Shown piece by piece: positions 1 to 8,995 of a DNA stretch of 64,000 bases (positions are counted from its first letter, which is position 1; each line of letters opens with the position of its first letter). Origin of the DNA: a virus; IMG/VR virus record IMGVR_UViG_3300006224_000007, positions 13,151 to 77,150 of that record. The stretch is one strand, 5' to 3'. Made by a program: the position numbers and the translations under genes. The notes under the pieces were generated by a model. That model was not told where the DNA came from. It was given only the letters and a program-made list of their open reading frames with translations, and did not search any database.

Positions 1-7
1 TATCTAT

Positions 8-469
8 TTGTGGAGAAATGATGACCTTTATGGATTTGAAGATGTTATAGCAACATTTGTACTCATTGTATTTATTGCCAGTGGAATTTTTTGGGGTGGG
101 TTAACTTTTGGTCTTAGTTGGCTTGGTAATTATCATGAGAAGGTTGGAGAATATCAATTAGTAGCTTTGAAAGATACTGGAAGGGTTGAAGGCTCCTTCT
201 TCTTAGGAACTGGATATTTTCAAGGTTCCGCTGCTTATAGGTATTACTATCAACTTGATGAAAACTTTATTGCTATGAATCAAAGAAATTTTAGTGATGG
301 TTTTATAACCTATATTACTGATGGTAGTTATCCTAGAGTTGTTACGACCAAAGAACATTTTAAGAGCGGATTCTTGAATCACTTATTTTGGGACGTAAAA
401 GGTTATGAAGATACTTATTATGTTCCTGAAGGTTCTGTTCTTAATGAAATTAGATTGGACTTAGAGTGA
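8..469 (+). CDS. hypothetical membrane-anchored protein
   Basis: N-terminal hydrophobic helix (VIATFVLIVFIASGIFWGG); stop overlaps the next start; true start may lie upstream of the window. Confidence 0.6.
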   Translation: MWRNDDLYGFEDVIATFVLIVFIASGIFWGGLTFGLSWLGNYHEKVGEYQLVALKDTGRVEGSFFLGTGYFQGSAAYRYYYQLDENFIAMNQRNFSDGFITYITDGSYPRVVTTKEHFKSGFLNHLFWDVKGYEDTYYVPEGSVLNEIRLDLE

Positions 470-1119
470 ACCAATATCATAAGATAAACTCAATCTTTAA
501 GAGAACTACAGATGGAAAGAAAATGCTTTTTGGGGAATACTCCCAGCCTGAGTTTGAATATCTTAAAGATAATTTGTGGGAGTTTACTGAGAAAGTAGAT
601 GGAACTAACATAAGAGTCATGTATGTTGGTTGTGAAGCCTTTGGCGATGATATGTGGTTTGGTGGTAAAACTGACAACGCTCAAATTCCTGCCCATTTAG
701 TAAACAAATTGAATGAACTTTTTTGGATTGATAAGCTAAGGGATGCTTTCCCTAGTGATAATCAAGAGGACGCTATCAGAACTATTTGTCTTTATGGTGA
801 AGGCTTTGGAGCCAAGATTCAGAATGGTGGAAAATATATCCCCGATGGGGTTGACTTTGTGCTGTTTGATGTTAAAATAGGGGAGTGGTGGCTCAAGAGA
901 GAAGCTGTTGAAGATATAGCTACCCGACTTGGTATTATGGTCGTACCAATAATAGACCAAGGAACCTTAGAAGGAATGATTAACCTTTGTAGGCATGGAT
1001 TTAAGTCTCAATGGGGAGATTTTATAGCTGAAGGTATAGTAGCAAGACCAGTAGTAGAGCTTAGAGATAGGAGCGGCCATAGGATTATTACTAAGCTGAA
1101 GCATAAAGATTTTCAGTAG
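466..1119 (+). CDS. ATP-dependent RNA ligase (Rnl2-like adenylyltransferase domain)
   Basis: nucleotidyltransferase motifs EKVDGTN, LYGEGFG, FVLFDV, EGIV, KLK; no OB domain. Confidence 0.8.
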   Translation: MNQYHKINSIFKRTTDGKKMLFGEYSQPEFEYLKDNLWEFTEKVDGTNIRVMYVGCEAFGDDMWFGGKTDNAQIPAHLVNKLNELFWIDKLRDAFPSDNQEDAIRTICLYGEGFGAKIQNGGKYIPDGVDFVLFDVKIGEWWLKREAVEDIATRLGIMVVPIIDQGTLEGMINLCRHGFKSQWGDFIAEGIVARPVVELRDRSGHRIITKLKHKDFQ

Positions 1120-1131
1120 GAGTAAATTACT

Positions 1132-1377
1132 ATGAGTGTATTCTTAATTCGCGGCCCATTTGTGGGCAAGGGGAACAGAAGATATTGTATAGCAGAAGTT
1201 GATGGCAAGAGACGTAAAATAAATTACGCTAAATATCTTGTATTAAAGGCAGGAATTCCTGTAGGAAAACATGAAGAAGTACATCATGTAGATGAAAATA
1301 AACTTAATGATGTGCTAGAAAATTTGAAGCCTCTAAAGGAATATAAGCATAATAAAGAACATAAAGGAAAAAAATGA
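1132..1377 (+). CDS. small HNH endonuclease-like protein
   Basis: VHHVDENKLNDVLENL...H..EH motif; AGGAG RBS. Confidence 0.7.
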   Translation: MSVFLIRGPFVGKGNRRYCIAEVDGKRRKINYAKYLVLKAGIPVGKHEEVHHVDENKLNDVLENLKPLKEYKHNKEHKGKK

Positions 1378-1504
1378 TTACCTGTCCTTTAACAAAAAGT
1401 GCATGTAATATGCAGTATTGTGAATGGTGGTACACTAAATATAATACTTGTATGATTATGTTTATAGGAGTATCGTTAGGTCTATATTGTGAAAGGAATT
1501 CAAA

Positions 1505-1936
1505 ATGAGTAAGAAGTTTGTTGGTGTACAGTTTGTTGAAACAGTCAGAACGGGTAAGAATACTCTAGCTTTTGGTATCTATAATGATTTTGATATAGGT
1601 AGAGTTCCTTTTGCTGGAGTGTCAGAAAAAAATGCGGAAGACACTGAAAAAATTAGTAGAGGTAGAAACTTTGCTGTTGGTCGTGCCTTTCAAAATCTCG
1701 GTAAAGAAATTGAAAAGCGTGAATGGGCAAAGCTTAAACAGCCTGTTAAGAAAGAAGTGTCTGCTAAAAAGTTATCTGCTAAAGAAGTGGCAGAGCTTAT
1801 GAACACACCAGAAGCCATTAAAAAGCGTGAGGAAAGAGCAAAGAAACATGCTAAAGAGAATCCAAAAGCCGCTAAATCCGCAGTTGAAGCAGATAGTAAA
1901 GTCGGCAAAACAAAAGCGACAGCTACAAACAAGTAA
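1505..1936 (+). CDS. hypothetical protein with Lys/Ala-rich C-terminus
   Basis: ORF with GAAAGGA RBS. Confidence 0.55.
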   Translation: MSKKFVGVQFVETVRTGKNTLAFGIYNDFDIGRVPFAGVSEKNAEDTEKISRGRNFAVGRAFQNLGKEIEKREWAKLKQPVKKEVSAKKLSAKEVAELMNTPEAIKKREERAKKHAKENPKAAKSAVEADSKVGKTKATATNK

Positions 1937-2151
1937 CTATAAAGAAATTGTAGAGCTATTTTGGACTATGCCACATAATAATTGTGTAGTTTCAGATATG
2001 CCTACTAATCCTGATAATGTAAAAAGAGGACTAGATAGAGCCATTAGGAAGTGTGGTTATCCTATGGTATCTACTGTCAAAAGGGGAGAGGTCTTTATTA
2101 AGAAGACCTGAGCCAATAGGGGGGTTAATCCCCCTAGCGAAAAGGAGAGTT

Positions 2152-2382
2152 ATGCCAACATGGAAATGTAAATATTTTGCTAAGATAGATGAAGCAGTTT
2201 TTTACTGGAATCCTTATGTAGAAAATTGTGGACTTTGTATCAATTGGTGTGATGGAGAATGCATACACCAGGATAAATTGAAAGTACAAGGTGAGAATGA
2301 GGGGTTCGAAGAAGGTTTTATTGACAATGATTTTAGTAGGAACGTTCCTCAACTTGATGATGGGGGTGAGTATGGCAATTGA
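2152..2382 (+). CDS. small Cys-rich hypothetical protein
   Basis: AAAGGAG RBS before ATG 2152 inside ORF 2053-2382; CGLC..C..C. Confidence 0.45.
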   Translation: MPTWKCKYFAKIDEAVFYWNPYVENCGLCINWCDGECIHQDKLKVQGENEGFEEGFIDNDFSRNVPQLDDGGEYGN

Positions 2383-3184
2383 AAAACCGTGGGATGATTG
2401 GCCTGATACAGATATAGAAGCAGGTTGGTATGTAAAAAATGAAAAAATCTTTAAGGGTTATTCTGAGACAGAATTTAGACCTAACGAAAATATAACTCAA
2501 AAGCATTTCTATGATGTTCTTTTTAGGGCTAAAATTATAGATGCTACTGACACAGTAAATATTTCTGACAACACTGTTACAATATCTCAATCTCAGATTT
2601 ATATGCCTGGAACTGCTTGGACTTCTAAACCAACTGATTTGGTAACTAGATATCGTATGGCAGTTATGGTGTATCGACATAAAAATAATATTCAGCCACC
2701 TAACCAAGACCAAGTAGTTATTGATAGACTAGAAAAATTGTTTCAAGATAAACCTGTAACTTGGCAAGGAGTAACTCGTAAGTCTAAACTGATTGGTCAT
2801 GCCAAAACTATTGTGGAAGATTCCAGAAAATATGGAATTCCTATTTGGTTATGCCTTGGTCAAGGTTGGCGTGAATCACAGTGGTATACTACTGGACTTA
2901 GCATAGACTATAACTGTGGTTGGGGAATGAAAGACACTAAGGGATGGGGAGAAAAAGGCACTCCTGAATATGCTAGTGGCTTTGCTAATTATGTCTCTAT
3001 TGATGAGTCTATTCATGCATATTTTCGATTGATGAGTAGTTCTAAGATGCCTTACAAGTCTCTCATTGATGCTGGTGAATATAGAGAAGCACTTGAAATC
3101 TATTCTCCTGATGGAGATATTGCGCGCCACTATAAAACAGTTATGACTGTAAAGAGTTGGTGTGAAGAAAGAGGAATAAGATGA
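2372..3184 (+). CDS. SLH-domain plus glucosaminidase/lysozyme-like peptidoglycan hydrolase (endolysin candidate)
   Basis: SLH signature IFKGYSETEFRPNENIT and VTRYRMA; catalytic region GQGWRESQW...YNCGWGMK...FANYVSIDESI...YS; GGGGGTG RBS favours ATG 2372 over GTG 2291. Confidence 0.7.
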   Translation: MAIEKPWDDWPDTDIEAGWYVKNEKIFKGYSETEFRPNENITQKHFYDVLFRAKIIDATDTVNISDNTVTISQSQIYMPGTAWTSKPTDLVTRYRMAVMVYRHKNNIQPPNQDQVVIDRLEKLFQDKPVTWQGVTRKSKLIGHAKTIVEDSRKYGIPIWLCLGQGWRESQWYTTGLSIDYNCGWGMKDTKGWGEKGTPEYASGFANYVSIDESIHAYFRLMSSSKMPYKSLIDAGEYREALEIYSPDGDIARHYKTVMTVKSWCEERGIR

Positions 3185-3366
3185 GAATAGATGACCCATC
3201 ATTAGATAAAATGGCTCTTAATAGAAGAGAGTTTTATCTTTTGATAAAACGACTTCAAAGTATTGGTCAAGAGATAGACTCAGGAGCAGTACGTTATGCT
3301 AGAGATAATTTGCATAACTTAGTTCAAGGTCTAATATATAGATATAAAGAGGAATTAAATGAATGA
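3181..3366 (+). CDS. hypothetical protein
   Basis: ATGA-coupled ORF. Confidence 0.45.
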   Translation: MRIDDPSLDKMALNRREFYLLIKRLQSIGQEIDSGAVRYARDNLHNLVQGLIYRYKEELNE

Positions 3367-3727
3367 ACAAGAGTTAATAACAAGAGTTGAAGAAGACCGT
3401 AAAAAAGTTCAAGAAGATTTGTTTGAAAAAGTTAGCTTAATGTTTCATTCAGTACTAGGAGTTTATCCTGATGCTGTTCCATTTGATGGAATTCATACTG
3501 TAAATTATAATACTTATGTTCATACAGAACTTTGGGAAACATGGTTAGATGGTTATAAGTTTCTAGTTGAAAAATCCACCATCGTTTCTAGAATAAAAGA
3601 TACTCCAAGATACAGTGTTTATCAAATAACTAACTATAAAAATGATTCTTCATATTTTACAAAACTAATTTCTAGGTTTGCAGATATCGACCTTAAAAAA
3701 GGTGCTAAGATAAAGAAGAAGAAATAA
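3359..3727 (+). CDS. hypothetical protein
   Basis: overlapping ORF with GAGGA RBS. Confidence 0.5.
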   Translation: MNEQELITRVEEDRKKVQEDLFEKVSLMFHSVLGVYPDAVPFDGIHTVNYNTYVHTELWETWLDGYKFLVEKSTIVSRIKDTPRYSVYQITNYKNDSSYFTKLISRFADIDLKKGAKIKKKK

Positions 3728-3901
3728 GATGGGCGATTTAATTATGCTTATCTTTGTAGGAGCTTTTAGTATTTCTCTTGGATGGTTTGCTGGTATTAGC
3801 TATGCTAGAACTAATCTTCCTAAATGGCAAGCTGAACAAGCAGCAAGACAAGAATTGGAAGACCAAAAAGAGTATGAACGTCTAAAAAAGAAGTATGAAA
3901 A

Positions 3902-4174
3902 ATGACTAAGATAAAGGAACTAGAGAAGTTCTTAACTTCCCTAGAAGAAACTCCTTATGAAGTAAAAGTATTTACTTTTGACGCAGATGGAATAAGGATA
4001 GCGGAAATAAGCTATGTTCATCGGCGTTCTAGTGGAGTATTTGGTGCATCTTACATGAGAAGTGAGCCAGAATGTGCCGCTATTATTCTTGCCGCAGAGA
4101 ATTTTCTCATATATGAGGATGAGGAAGAGCTTGAAGAAGTAAAAGGCATATTAAAATATCTTATTGGGAGATAA
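3902..4174 (+). CDS. hypothetical protein
   Basis: ORF in a packed gene run. Confidence 0.5.
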   Translation: MTKIKELEKFLTSLEETPYEVKVFTFDADGIRIAEISYVHRRSSGVFGASYMRSEPECAAIILAAENFLIYEDEEELEEVKGILKYLIGR

Positions 4175-4371
4175 TGATGAGGCTTTATGAAATAGGAATC
4201 TGTTTGACATTATACAGAACAGTAGAAGTTCCTGACAGTTATCAAGATGAACAAGATATAGATGATTACATCAATGAGCATTATACAGGCAATAAAACCA
4301 TGATAGAAGCTATTGATGATGGGGATTTTCAAATAGATGATTTCTTCTGGCATGAGGTAGGTAAAAAATGA
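4174..4371 (+). CDS. acidic hypothetical protein
   Basis: TAATG-coupled ORF. Confidence 0.5.
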   Translation: MMRLYEIGICLTLYRTVEVPDSYQDEQDIDDYINEHYTGNKTMIEAIDDGDFQIDDFFWHEVGKK

Positions 4372-4583
4372 AGGTTGGCGACAAAGTTAAAGTTATTGGC
4401 TTATTGAATGAGCATGGAATCTTAGAAGGAGATTTATGCACAGGAGCAGTAGGTATAATCTCTCAAAGAGGAATTTTGTTTCCCTGGATAGTAACTTTTG
4501 ACCATCCTATAGAATGGATAGAAAATAAATATTGGGTAGATATGCCCTGTTATGAATCAGAATTGGAGTTATTGAATGTGTAA
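4368..4583 (+). CDS. small SH3/KOW-like protein (dispersed paralog of the 12.7-13.9 kb array)
   Basis: MKVGDKVKV...GAVGII...ESELELL pattern. Confidence 0.6.
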   Translation: MKVGDKVKVIGLLNEHGILEGDLCTGAVGIISQRGILFPWIVTFDHPIEWIENKYWVDMPCYESELELLNV

Positions 4584-4773
4584 GTATCCTGAAATTGAAG
4601 TAGAACTTGTTGGTCAAAATGGAAATGCTTTTGCTATTCTAGCAAATGTCTCAAAAGCATTGAAGAAGGGTGGAGTGCCTAAAGAAGAGATTGATAAGTA
4701 TATGGATGAAGCTATGGCAGGAGATTATAATCATCTTCTGCGAACTACAATGGAATGGGTAGAGGTTTATTGA
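4576..4773 (+). CDS. conserved phage hypothetical protein
   Basis: LVGQNGNAFAIL...V.KAL...GDYNHLL pattern, recalled from small phage ORFs. Confidence 0.6.
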   Translation: MCKYPEIEVELVGQNGNAFAILANVSKALKKGGVPKEEIDKYMDEAMAGDYNHLLRTTMEWVEVY

Positions 4774-5102
4774 TGGGTACAAGAGCATTAGCAAAAGTTT
4801 ATGATGAAAGTGACAAAGTTTTAGTAACAATCTATAGACACATGGATGGTTATCCAGAAGGATTTGGAGCAGAGCTAGAGGATTTTTCTTCTACTTTTAA
4901 ATTGGTTAATGGGCTTTCTTCTTGCCAAGAAGGAAATATAGCAAATGGTATGGGATGCTTTGCTGCCTCTCTTATTAAAGAACTTAAAGAAGGACCGGGA
5001 AGTATTTATATAGTTCCTCCAGAGGGTGGTATGTGGGAAGAATATGTCTATCATATTAAACCTAATGGAGAACGAATAAGTATTTCTGTAGAAGAAACTT
5101 AG
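4773..5102 (+). CDS. conserved phage hypothetical protein
   Basis: MGTR...YRHMDGYPEG.G motif; TGATG coupling favours ATG 4773. Confidence 0.6.
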   Translation: MGTRALAKVYDESDKVLVTIYRHMDGYPEGFGAELEDFSSTFKLVNGLSSCQEGNIANGMGCFAASLIKELKEGPGSIYIVPPEGGMWEEYVYHIKPNGERISISVEET

Positions 5103-5124
5103 AAAGATACTACGCAGAAAGGGG

Positions 5125-6138
5125 GTGAAAATGAAAAAGATTTTACCTTTTATAGTAGCCTGTCTTATCGTCTTTTTATTGGCGTTTGGTGCATATTATG
5201 TACCAACGGTTAATGCTGATAGGCCAGAAACTACAACTACTACGCAAGTAGTAAGTTCAGGAACAGAAAATTGGACTGGAAATGGTAGTGAAAATAATTG
5301 TGAGAGTGGTGGAACATACCATTGGATATTAACTGCCGGTGGTGGTGGATTTGATTATACTAGTGCCACATTATATGTAACATATTCTAGTGGTCCAGCT
5401 AGTGTGAGTTCTGGATTTTTCCCTGGTGGAAGTAATCATGGAGCAATTCATTTCTATTCACATGGTAATGGAGAAGTAGTAAGTGCTTATGCTGTTTGGA
5501 ATGGTTTAGGTACTCCTGGTAATCAAGTATTAACTATTAGTAGTTCTGTGTGTTGTACAACTACAACTAGCAGTACAACCACAACCAGTAGTACGACTAC
5601 TACAACTGAACCTCCAACTACAACTACAGAAAGTACTACTACAACTACAAGTTCAACTACTACTACAACTGAACCACCTACAACTACTACAGATAGTACG
5701 ACAACTACAACGTCAAGCACAACTACAACTACTGAGCCGCCTACAACTACAACTAGTAGCAGTACGACAACCAGTAGCAGTACAACCACGACTGAAAGTA
5801 CAACCACAACTACTATTCCAGAAACCACAACTACAACTATTCCTGAAACTACTACGACTACAATTCCTGAGACAACTACTACGACTACAGAACCAGAAAC
5901 GACTACAACTACAACGGAAGTAACAACTACTACTACAACTGAGCCTGAAACAACTACTACAACTTCTGAACCTCAACAAGCAACTAGTACAACGTCAACT
6001 AGTTTGACTACAACTACTTCGGTAACGGAAGAATTTCCATTTACTGGATATAGCAATTGGTATTGGCTGTTGTTAGGTATCGGTGTTGTATTGTTAGCTG
6101 GTGGATTGGTAAGTCGTTTTGTTGGAGTTAAAAAGTAA
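5125..6138 (+). CDS. secreted Thr-rich (mucin-like) protein with sortase-type C-terminal sorting signal
   Basis: signal peptide MKKILPF...VNA, globular N-domain, ~155 aa Thr/Ser/Pro/Glu stalk, FPFTG plus hydrophobic helix plus KK tail; likely start ATG 5131. Confidence 0.75.
   Translation: MKMKKILPFIVACLIVFLLAFGAYYVPTVNADRPETTTTTQVVSSGTENWTGNGSENNCESGGTYHWILTAGGGGFDYTSATLYVTYSSGPASVSSGFFPGGSNHGAIHFYSHGNGEVVSAYAVWNGLGTPGNQVLTISSSVCCTTTTSSTTTTSSTTTTTEPPTTTTESTTTTTSSTTTTTEPPTTTTDSTTTTTSSTTTTTEPPTTTTSSSTTTSSSTTTTESTTTTTIPETTTTTIPETTTTTIPETTTTTTEPETTTTTTEVTTTTTTEPETTTTTSEPQQATSTTSTSLTTTTSVTEEFPFTGYSNWYWLLLGIGVVLLAGGLVSRFVGVKK
5557..6030 (+). repeat. low-complexity ACN (Thr) repeats: three ~21 aa EPPTTTTxSTTTTTSSTTTTT units and three IPETTTTT units
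   Basis: visible in the DNA (acaactacaact) and in the translation. Confidence 0.85.
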
Positions 6139-6151
6139 TTTACTTAGGTAA

Positions 6152-6176
6152 GTGGTGCCTCATTATGAGGCACTAC
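6152..6176 (+). terminator. stem-loop after the Thr-rich gene (no clear U-tract)
   Basis: GTGGTGCCTCA-TTA-TGAGGCACTAC. Confidence 0.4.
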
Positions 6177-6194
6177 ACTAAAAGGAGTTAAAAT

Positions 6195-6572
6195 GTGAAT
6201 GATAAATATTGTCCAATGTGTAAACAAAATTTGCCAAGGACAGAGTTTCATAAAAACTCTAGAACAAATGATGGCTTACATGGATTCTGTAAAAAATGTA
6301 GAAGCAATAAATATTATAAAAATGGTCCAGTTAAAAAGATAACACCTTATTCTAAGGAGGAACTTCTTTCTAGACCTATAGAACATATGTTGGAAATTTT
6401 TACAAATAAACAATTAGCAAAAATATGGGGAGTATGTGAGAATGAGGCATCAGATATACGTTGCTCTCCGTGGATTACAAGAGATGATTGGAAGCATGAC
6501 TTATTTGCTGGTGAACCTAAGTTGAATAGATTAAAAAGAGTTCAACTTATGGAGTTCATAGAGAAAATGTAA
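6195..6572 (+). CDS. Zn-finger plus HTH-like putative DNA-binding protein
   Basis: CPMCK..LP..EF....DGL..FCKKC finger, then TNKQLAKIWGVCE helix-turn-helix-like segment. Confidence 0.55.
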   Translation: MNDKYCPMCKQNLPRTEFHKNSRTNDGLHGFCKKCRSNKYYKNGPVKKITPYSKEELLSRPIEHMLEIFTNKQLAKIWGVCENEASDIRCSPWITRDDWKHDLFAGEPKLNRLKRVQLMEFIEKM

Positions 6573-6779
6573 TTCTAAAGAGGGGAGAATTATAGAAAGC
6601 AAGCTTTTTAGCCAGCTTTAAAGAGAGCAAGTGGTTAAGGGGCAACTGGTTAGAGAATATAGCAACGGAATGGTTGCAGACTAACAGCTAGTTAAATGGG
6701 GAGTCTGGAAAATTGTAATGGGATTAGGTTTCTCATACTCTGTCGAAACAGGCTCCCCATTTTTATTCAAGAAGGAAAA

Positions 6780-7403
6780 ATGAAATATATAAGTCTAGTA
6801 ATATTACTCTTAATGTTTTTAGTTGGCTGCGATGGAGAAACTACAACTTCCATTGATACCAATACGACAGATACATTGTACACTACAACAGTTTCAGAAA
6901 GCACTACAGAACATGGAAGCACTACTACAGAAAATGGTACGACAACCAGTAGTGCTGCAACCACAACTACTGAATATTTATCTACTACAACTACAAACGG
7001 TGAAACAACAACTACAGTTACTAATCCCAGTTTTTGGCGAGAAGAATGGCCTGATATAAGTGAAGGATTAGTTGCTAATGTACAGCATTTTGGTGCTATT
7101 CCAAACGATGATGGAGAAGATGGTTGGGCGATTCAAAACGCTATTGATTTTGCGGCGGGAGAAAAAACTCTAGCTCAAGTTGCTCCAAAGGATATGCCTG
7201 AAACATGGAGAACTTATTACCAATTTTGGGAAGATGCTAAGACAGCACAAGTAACTGGAGATTGGTCTGTTCTTGATAAATACTATCTTCCTTTGGAAAC
7301 GGTTGACAAACAAAGTTATGCTAGTATAATAATTGTTGGAATTGTTCTAGCTCTGGCTTTGATAATTGGTACTATATATATGTCTCTTAGGAGAGAAAAA
7401 TGA
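6780..7403 (+). CDS. Thr-rich lipoprotein with C-terminal transmembrane helix
   Basis: lipobox LVGC after MKYISLVILLLMF; Thr-rich linker; C-terminal hydrophobic helix plus RREK; GAAGGA RBS supports ATG 6780. Confidence 0.7.
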   Translation: MKYISLVILLLMFLVGCDGETTTSIDTNTTDTLYTTTVSESTTEHGSTTTENGTTTSSAATTTTEYLSTTTTNGETTTTVTNPSFWREEWPDISEGLVANVQHFGAIPNDDGEDGWAIQNAIDFAAGEKTLAQVAPKDMPETWRTYYQFWEDAKTAQVTGDWSVLDKYYLPLETVDKQSYASIIIVGIVLALALIIGTIYMSLRREK

Positions 7404-7681
7404 ATGACTGGCAATTGATAGGACATTGTGGTGTTGATAGTGGTCAGATTATTTTGGTAGACCCATGCTATGTAATTCCTGACCGCGATGAAAATCCTCC
7501 TAAAGTAGTCTATGAGGATATTCTTGAAACGTGGGATTATAACCAAAGACCACCGCAGAGGCATATCCCATTTGAAATGGGAGTTGTTGTGGAGTCTGGA
7601 TATGGTGATGGTTATTATCCTGTTTATGCTAAGTTTAATAGTGAGGGTAGACTTGTTCAGGCCATGATTGATTTTAATTAA
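7400..7681 (+). CDS. DUF4241-like hypothetical protein
   Basis: GVDSGQI...DPCY...SGYGDGYYPV motif. Confidence 0.55.
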   Translation: MNDWQLIGHCGVDSGQIILVDPCYVIPDRDENPPKVVYEDILETWDYNQRPPQRHIPFEMGVVVESGYGDGYYPVYAKFNSEGRLVQAMIDFN

Positions 7682-7691
7682 TAGGAGGTAA

Positions 7692-8756
7692 ATGTTGGAT
7701 TACAAATTAAGTGTTGAATCTTTAAATGAGTTACAGGAACAGGATTTAGATTTTAAAATCATGTACTCACTAGATAGAATTGCAGAATGGTATCGTCATT
7801 ATGATGGAAAAACCTATGTAGCCTTTTCTGGTGGTAAAGATAGTACTGTTCTTCTTCATTTAGTGAGACAGATATATCCAGATACTCCTGCTATTTTTAA
7901 TAATTCTGGAATGGAATATCCTGAAATAAGACAGTTTGTAAAAGAAACAGACAATGTAACTTGGCTTAAACCAAAAATGAACTTTAAACAAGTTATTGAA
8001 AAATATGGTTGGCCTGTTATTAGTAAGCATCAAGCTGATTCTATAGCACAGGCACGAAGATTCAAAGCAGCAGGAAACCTTGAAGGCTTTCAAAGAAAGC
8101 TAAAACCTGGACCATATTCAGTAAATAAACGTTGGCAATTTTTAATAGATGCGCCTTTTAAAATTTCAGGTAGATGCTGTGAATACTTAAAAAAGGAGCC
8201 AGCTTCTACTTATGTGAGAGCTACTGGAAGACAGGGATATTTAGGATTTTTAGGCTCAGAAAGTTGGATGCGAAGAGGGTTAGCATTAAGATATGGTTGT
8301 AATGCTTACGAATTAAAAACTCCAGTTTCTAGGCCACTCTTCATTTGGAAAGAGCAAGATATTTGGGATTATCTAAATGCTTTTAATGTTCCATATAGTC
8401 CAATATATGATATGGGTTATACACGAACTGGTTGCATGTTTTGTATGTTTGGTCTTCATATGGGAAGAATGCACGGCGAAGATAAATTTGAAATGATGAA
8501 AGAAACCCATCCAAAATATTATTCTTATTGTATGAATAAGCTTGGGTGTGGGGAAATTATAGATTATATTATTCAACGGTCTGGAGAGCTTCCTCCAACT
8601 GAAAAAATATGTAATGCGTGTAAAAGAACTCTTCCTGCAAGCACAGAATTTTTTGCTCCTAGAAATAATACCAGACTTGGATTGCAACCTTTGTGTAGAG
8701 AATGCTTTAATAAAAGAAGACGAGAAAAATATTATGAGAAAGAAGCTGGAGTATGA
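7692..8756 (+). CDS. PAPS-reductase-family (PP-loop) protein with C-terminal Zn finger
   Basis: VAFSGGKDS PP-loop, RCCEYLKKEP, RTGCMFC, C-terminal CNAC...CREC. Confidence 0.85.
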   Translation: MLDYKLSVESLNELQEQDLDFKIMYSLDRIAEWYRHYDGKTYVAFSGGKDSTVLLHLVRQIYPDTPAIFNNSGMEYPEIRQFVKETDNVTWLKPKMNFKQVIEKYGWPVISKHQADSIAQARRFKAAGNLEGFQRKLKPGPYSVNKRWQFLIDAPFKISGRCCEYLKKEPASTYVRATGRQGYLGFLGSESWMRRGLALRYGCNAYELKTPVSRPLFIWKEQDIWDYLNAFNVPYSPIYDMGYTRTGCMFCMFGLHMGRMHGEDKFEMMKETHPKYYSYCMNKLGCGEIIDYIIQRSGELPPTEKICNACKRTLPASTEFFAPRNNTRLGLQPLCRECFNKRRREKYYEKEAGV

Positions 8757-8995
8757 ATATTTATCTAGTAAAAAGAGTTGATAAACCGTGGTATGATGAA
8801 ACTCATGGCATGGTAGTAATAGCTAAAACTTTTACTGAAGCAGAGAAATTTGCCGTTAATGATATCAATGACTATGATGGTCATAGAAGAGAAATCACAT
8901 CTGCTGATATTTATATCCATCACATAGGTAAAACCGTAGAGGGATATGTTTATGATGTTCCTCATGTTGTATTGAGAGATTTCCATGCTGGGTAA
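8753..8995 (+). CDS. hypothetical protein
   Basis: ATGA-coupled ORF. Confidence 0.5.
   Translation: MNIYLVKRVDKPWYDETHGMVVIAKTFTEAEKFAVNDINDYDGHRREITSADIYIHHIGKTVEGYVYDVPHVVLRDFHAG

Noticed and set aside
2291-2371. Apparent signal peptide on the SLH hydrolase
   Set aside because: It overlaps the upstream ORF by about 90 nt, and a GGGGGTG RBS sits just before ATG 2372. Probably an over-extended start, though not excluded.
5557-6030. Repeats as a possible CRISPR array
   Set aside because: They are in-frame Thr codon repeats with synonymous variation and no repeat-spacer pattern.
6698-6759. GGGGAG...CTCCCCA as a tRNA gene
   Set aside because: Only about 62 nt, with no D-arm, no 7 nt anticodon loop in the right place and no GTTC T-loop.
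7692-8756. Sulfate-assimilation gene or complete Dnd phosphorothioate system
   Set aside because: No other cys or dnd genes are visible in the window.
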